A stretch of DNA of 60,645 bases. It comes from a virus. The DNA is taken from the IMG/VR virus record IMGVR_UViG_3300028586_000004, positions 1-60,645 of that record, one strand, 5' to 3'. The notes under the pieces are model-generated. The model made no database searches. It was not told where the DNA came from and saw nothing but the letters and a program-made list of their open reading frames with translations. The translations under genes were made by a program, and so were the position numbers. This document shows positions 57,747-60,645 of this stretch, in pieces; the first letter of the stretch is position 1; every line of letters begins with the position of its first letter.

Positions 57747-60118
57747 GGGTAGTCCGGGTCGCGCACGATGGCCGCTCCGCCCCCGCCGCCCGCACCCACG
57801 CCGTGTCGGCTGTCGAACGCCGCCTGAACCGCGGCGTCGGCCCAGAGGTTCGTCGCCTTGTTGATCGCGACCGCCATCGTGGTCCCAACGACCTGCTCCT
57901 TGGGCAGCGCCACCTGCACCTCATCGGTGTAGAGGATGTTGCCGGCGGCGTCCCTCGCGATCACGCGGATCGTGGGGTTCGGGACGTTGTTCGGGTCCGG
58001 GTACTGCGGGCGAGCTGCGATGATCGCGTTCCGTGGGACGTTGGCGCCCCAGACGCCGTTGGCCGGGCTGCCGCCGAGCAGCTCGCCCTTCGTGATGAGG
58101 TAGTGCTTGTCGACGAAGAACTCGACCAGCACGATGCCACCCGGGCCTGCGTCCGAGCCGGCGAAGCGCAGCGGGACGTCCTCGCCGAGCGTCACGCCCG
58201 TGGCGGGCCCCGTGACGACGCCGTCGGGCTTCGTGGTGTCGAGACCAGCGGCGAAGGAGAAGACCTGCTCCGGCGACACCGTGGCCTGGCCACGGATGGC
58301 CCCAGGTGCGACGTTGGCGACAGCCGTGACGCCCACCCGGTTGCTCGTCGCGAGCTTCGAGAGCGGCACGGTGGCGCTCCACAGTCCGTTCGTGCCGCGA
58401 ACCAGCTTCTCGATGAACAGCGCCTCACCCGAGCCGAAGGCGTAGAGGTAGACCAGCTCGACGCCGAGGGTCTCGTGGGTGACCGGGACGCTGATGACGG
58501 TGCTGGTTGCGGTGGCGGGGAAGACCCAGCCGAGGCTCGAGGTGATCGTCCCGACGACGGGCTTCGTGGTGTCGATGGGGGTCGTCGAGCTTGCGGCCGT
58601 GATCAGGCGGGCCGAGGTCCTGGTGAAGTTCGCGGTCGGCGTTGCCTGGTCCTTGAACAGGGCGTGCCACGTCTCGCCGGAGAACTTCTGGACCTCCTCG
58701 TGCGGCACGGACTCCCAGCCGTAGAAGCCCTCGCCGCGGCCAGGCAGGGGCGGCGGCGAGCCGCCCATGATGACCTTCCCGGTGGAGGTGAAGAACCCGC
58801 GCGCGCCGATCCCGCTGCCCGCGTCCGTGGCCTTGACCACGAACGGGATCGAACCGCCCACGGGCACCACGGCACCAGGTGCGGGGCTGATGACCTCGAC
58901 AGCTGGCGGGGTGCTGTCTACCGGGTCGGAGCCGCCGCTCTCGCCGCCGCCGCCCGTACCCGCCGCTGCGTACGCCCCAGTGAGCCACCCCATCGAGAGC
59001 GGCACGTAGCCGTAGGGCAGGCCCTCGCCCAGGTAGAGCAGCGAGGTGGGGTGGAGGTTGTCGCGCATGTACTTCCCTGCCGGCACCGAGTCGCCGCGGC
59101 CCTGCTGGGGGAGGAAGTTCGGGTCGTAGAGGTCGTTGAGCGGGGTGACCTGCACGTTCTCGAACTCGGACGCGAGCTCGAACAGGGCCAGCTGCTTGCC
59201 GGCCCAGTCGCCGGCTGCCGCGGGCGCCGGGTTGGCGGGCAGCATGAGGAACACGAGCGCGTTGGGCGCGTAGATCTTGAGCAGGGCCAGCACCGAGCGG
59301 TACATCGTCTTCCAGGCCGAGACCTGGTCTCCCATGTTGTTCGTACCGAGAGTGAGGAGGATGATGTCCGGGCCGGAGATCATGTCCATCGCCAGCGTCG
59401 GCAGGATCGTCGCCCACGAGCCGTTCACGTCCGCGCCCGGGCCTGTCGTCGCGAGGCCGTTGATCGAGATCCCCGACCGGCCGCCGTTGACGACGTGGAT
59501 CCCCTTGCGCTCCGTGCCGTCGTAGCGCGTCATGTCGTTGAAGATCAGGTTCGACCCCTTGACGAACAGCACCTTCACGGTGCTCTCCTTCGTGCGGTCC
59601 AGCCCCGTGATCATGTGCTTGCGCCACTGGACGGCGCCGCCCTCGAAGCGGTAGCGAGGCGTCGTCTCGTCGTCGATGTAGATCTCGTAGACGTCGGTCG
59701 TCTTGTCGTTCCGGATTGTCAGCGACCATCCGGTGGCCTTGTCCTTGCGGAACCTGCCAGAGCCGGCCGACTGGTACGAAGCCTGGCGGCCGAAGCCCCA
59801 GAGATTCGTCGCCGTCGGGGTGCCGGACACGCGTCCCGGCTGCATGTCGACCGGGTTCGGGTCCGTGTACGCCCAGTCGGACATGAACGTCTCGAAGCCG
59901 TCCGTTCCGACGCCCGTCGTGGGGTACCGCTTCTCGAGCGCGCGCTGCAGGGCTCCATGCCAGGAGCGGTAGCGGGCGTCGTCGGAGCCGAAGTCGTTGA
60001 TCGAGTCCGTCGCCATGTAGATGTTGATCGGACGCTTCTCACGCTCCGCGAACCGCGCGGCGACACGAGAGAAGAAGAGGTCGGGGGAGGTCTTCGGCTG
60101 GACGGGGATGACGGGCAT
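57725..60118 (-). CDS. SGNH/GDSL-type esterase with three Ig-like domains (797 aa)
   Basis: SGNH block motifs YMATDSIND, LGTNN and DNLHP, followed by three DTTKP/DSTPP-initiated Big-type repeats. Confidence 0.65.
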   Translation of the reverse strand: MPVIPVQPKTSPDLFFSRVAARFAEREKRPINIYMATDSINDFGSDDARYRSWHGALQRALEKRYPTTGVGTDGFETFMSDWAYTDPNPVDMQPGRVSGTPTATNLWGFGRQASYQSAGSGRFRKDKATGWSLTIRNDKTTDVYEIYIDDETTPRYRFEGGAVQWRKHMITGLDRTKESTVKVLFVKGSNLIFNDMTRYDGTERKGIHVVNGGRSGISINGLATTGPGADVNGSWATILPTLAMDMISGPDIILLTLGTNNMGDQVSAWKTMYRSVLALLKIYAPNALVFLMLPANPAPAAAGDWAGKQLALFELASEFENVQVTPLNDLYDPNFLPQQGRGDSVPAGKYMRDNLHPTSLLYLGEGLPYGYVPLSMGWLTGAYAAAGTGGGGESGGSDPVDSTPPAVEVISPAPGAVVPVGGSIPFVVKATDAGSGIGARGFFTSTGKVIMGGSPPPLPGRGEGFYGWESVPHEEVQKFSGETWHALFKDQATPTANFTRTSARLITAASSTTPIDTTKPVVGTITSSLGWVFPATATSTVISVPVTHETLGVELVYLYAFGSGEALFIEKLVRGTNGLWSATVPLSKLATSNRVGVTAVANVAPGAIRGQATVSPEQVFSFAAGLDTTKPDGVVTGPATGVTLGEDVPLRFAGSDAGPGGIVLVEFFVDKHYLITKGELLGGSPANGVWGANVPRNAIIAARPQYPDPNNVPNPTIRVIARDAAGNILYTDEVQVALPKEQVVGTTMAVAINKATNLWADAAVQAAFDSRHGVGAGGGGGAAIVRDPDYPWLGSIS

Positions 60119-60124
60119 GGGCGC

Positions 60125-60645
60125 CTAGCTCCTAGGGGCGTTGATGTCGTAGCAGCCGGGACGGCCCTGGATGGGGGTGAGGACGGACGCGAGCTCAGCG
60201 CGCGCCGAGGCGGCGACGGAGATGTCCCTGGCCTGGGCGGACGCCACGCGTGCTGCCTGTGAAGCGGCGGCGGATGCGGCCGACTCTCGGGCGGATGCAG
60301 CGGACGCAGCGGCGGCAGCCACGGCGTCGTTACCGGAGCCGAGGTCGAGGGTCTCCCAGACGGCGTCTCCCGCCGCGGTCGACCTCTTGCGCAGGAACTG
60401 GCCCGCCGAGCCGCCAGAGGGCAGCTGGAGGCTGCTGGCGGGGGCGCCGATGAGCACGCGGGCCGCCTCCGCGGTAGTCGCCTTGGCGAGCTGGCGGCCG
60501 AAGGGGGTGGCGTCGGAGATCTGCGAGAGCGTGATGGTGCTGGCGGCCGACATGGTCGGCACGGTGCCGTTGGCGTTGACGACGAGACCCTGCGCGTTCA
60601 GCATGGCGACACCGCCAGCCAGGCCGGGGCGGAGGCTGTTGTAGG
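60125..60645 (-). CDS. 3' part of junction-spanning fibre-like gene (open at the window edge; same gene as 1..221)
   Basis: The tracked ORF is 60125..60604, and the frame stays open to 60645. The Ala/Ser-rich C-terminal half is fibre-like. Confidence 0.7.
   Translation of the reverse strand, partial: YNSLRPGLAGGVAMLNAQGLVVNANGTVPTMSAASTITLSQISDATPFGRQLAKATTAEAARVLIGAPASSLQLPSGGSAGQFLRKRSTAAGDAVWETLDLGSGNDAVAAAAASAASARESAASAAASQAARVASAQARDISVAASARAELASVLTPIQGRPGCYDINAPRS
60519..60645. repeat. Direct terminal repeat, copy 2
   Basis: Identical to 1-127. Confidence 0.95.

Noticed and set aside
1-60645. A temperate lifestyle, integration module or attP.
   Set aside because: No integrase/recombinase, excisionase or CI/Cro-like pair was recognised. 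The wHTH and RHH proteins alone are insufficient evidence. Profile searches would be needed to exclude divergent integrases.
60519-60645. Treating the 127-nt repeat as a genuine duplicated gene fragment or a mobile-element terminal repeat.
   Set aside because: The repeats are exactly at the two window ends and continue a single reading frame when joined. That is most simply explained as an assembly or terminal-redundancy overlap.

Overview
This window is a complete, end-redundant, high-GC tailed-phage genome. It is siphovirus-like (tape measure plus chaperone frameshift) and probably infects an actinobacterium, judging by GC-rich codons, many GTG starts and 4-nt ATGA/GTGA gene couplings. The first and last 127 nt are identical, so the real unit is 60,518 bp, and one fibre-like gene spans the artificial junction.

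Layout: two divergent arms leave a ~1.1-kb non-coding control region (24558-25639) and meet at a convergent bidirectional terminator (46884-46927).
- The rightward (+) arm (25.4-46.9 kb) holds about 55 mostly small genes. I recognise a tandem RHH protein, an M23 peptidase, wHTH and zinc-ribbon proteins, two holin-like membrane proteins, SSB, an Hjc-like nuclease, an HNH endonuclease, a Rad52-like annealase and a Cas4-like exonuclease.
- The leftward (-) arm runs from 24.6 kb down to 1, wraps, and ends at 46.96 kb. In order it holds about 14 unknown early genes, an RHH protein, terS, a second RHH protein, terL, a membrane protein, portal, a MuF-protease fusion, a six-gene fibre/glycanase block, a capsid gene unit, connector genes interrupted by a fibre gene and an SGNH esterase, the chaperone frameshift pair, the tape measure, and tail-tip/fibre genes.

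I saw no DNA polymerase, primase, helicase, integrase, tRNA or CRISPR array.

Most notable signals:
1. A 16-bp perfect palindrome, GACTAGCTAGCTAGTC, reads as a stop codon in all six frames. It occurs 12 times (4 perfect, 8 near-perfect), almost always at gene ends and often followed by a hairpin.
2. Perfect DnaA boxes flank a local AT-rich inverted repeat, and a second DnaA-box pair lies elsewhere, in a phage with no recognisable replisome genes.
3. A GGGGTAG-N3-4-CTACCC(C) inverted-repeat family overlaps promoter-like elements, and conserved start-associated leader motifs precede several genes.
4. Fibre and glycan-enzyme genes are interleaved inside the head and connector modules.

All functional names come from motifs I recognised by eye; nothing was searched against a database.
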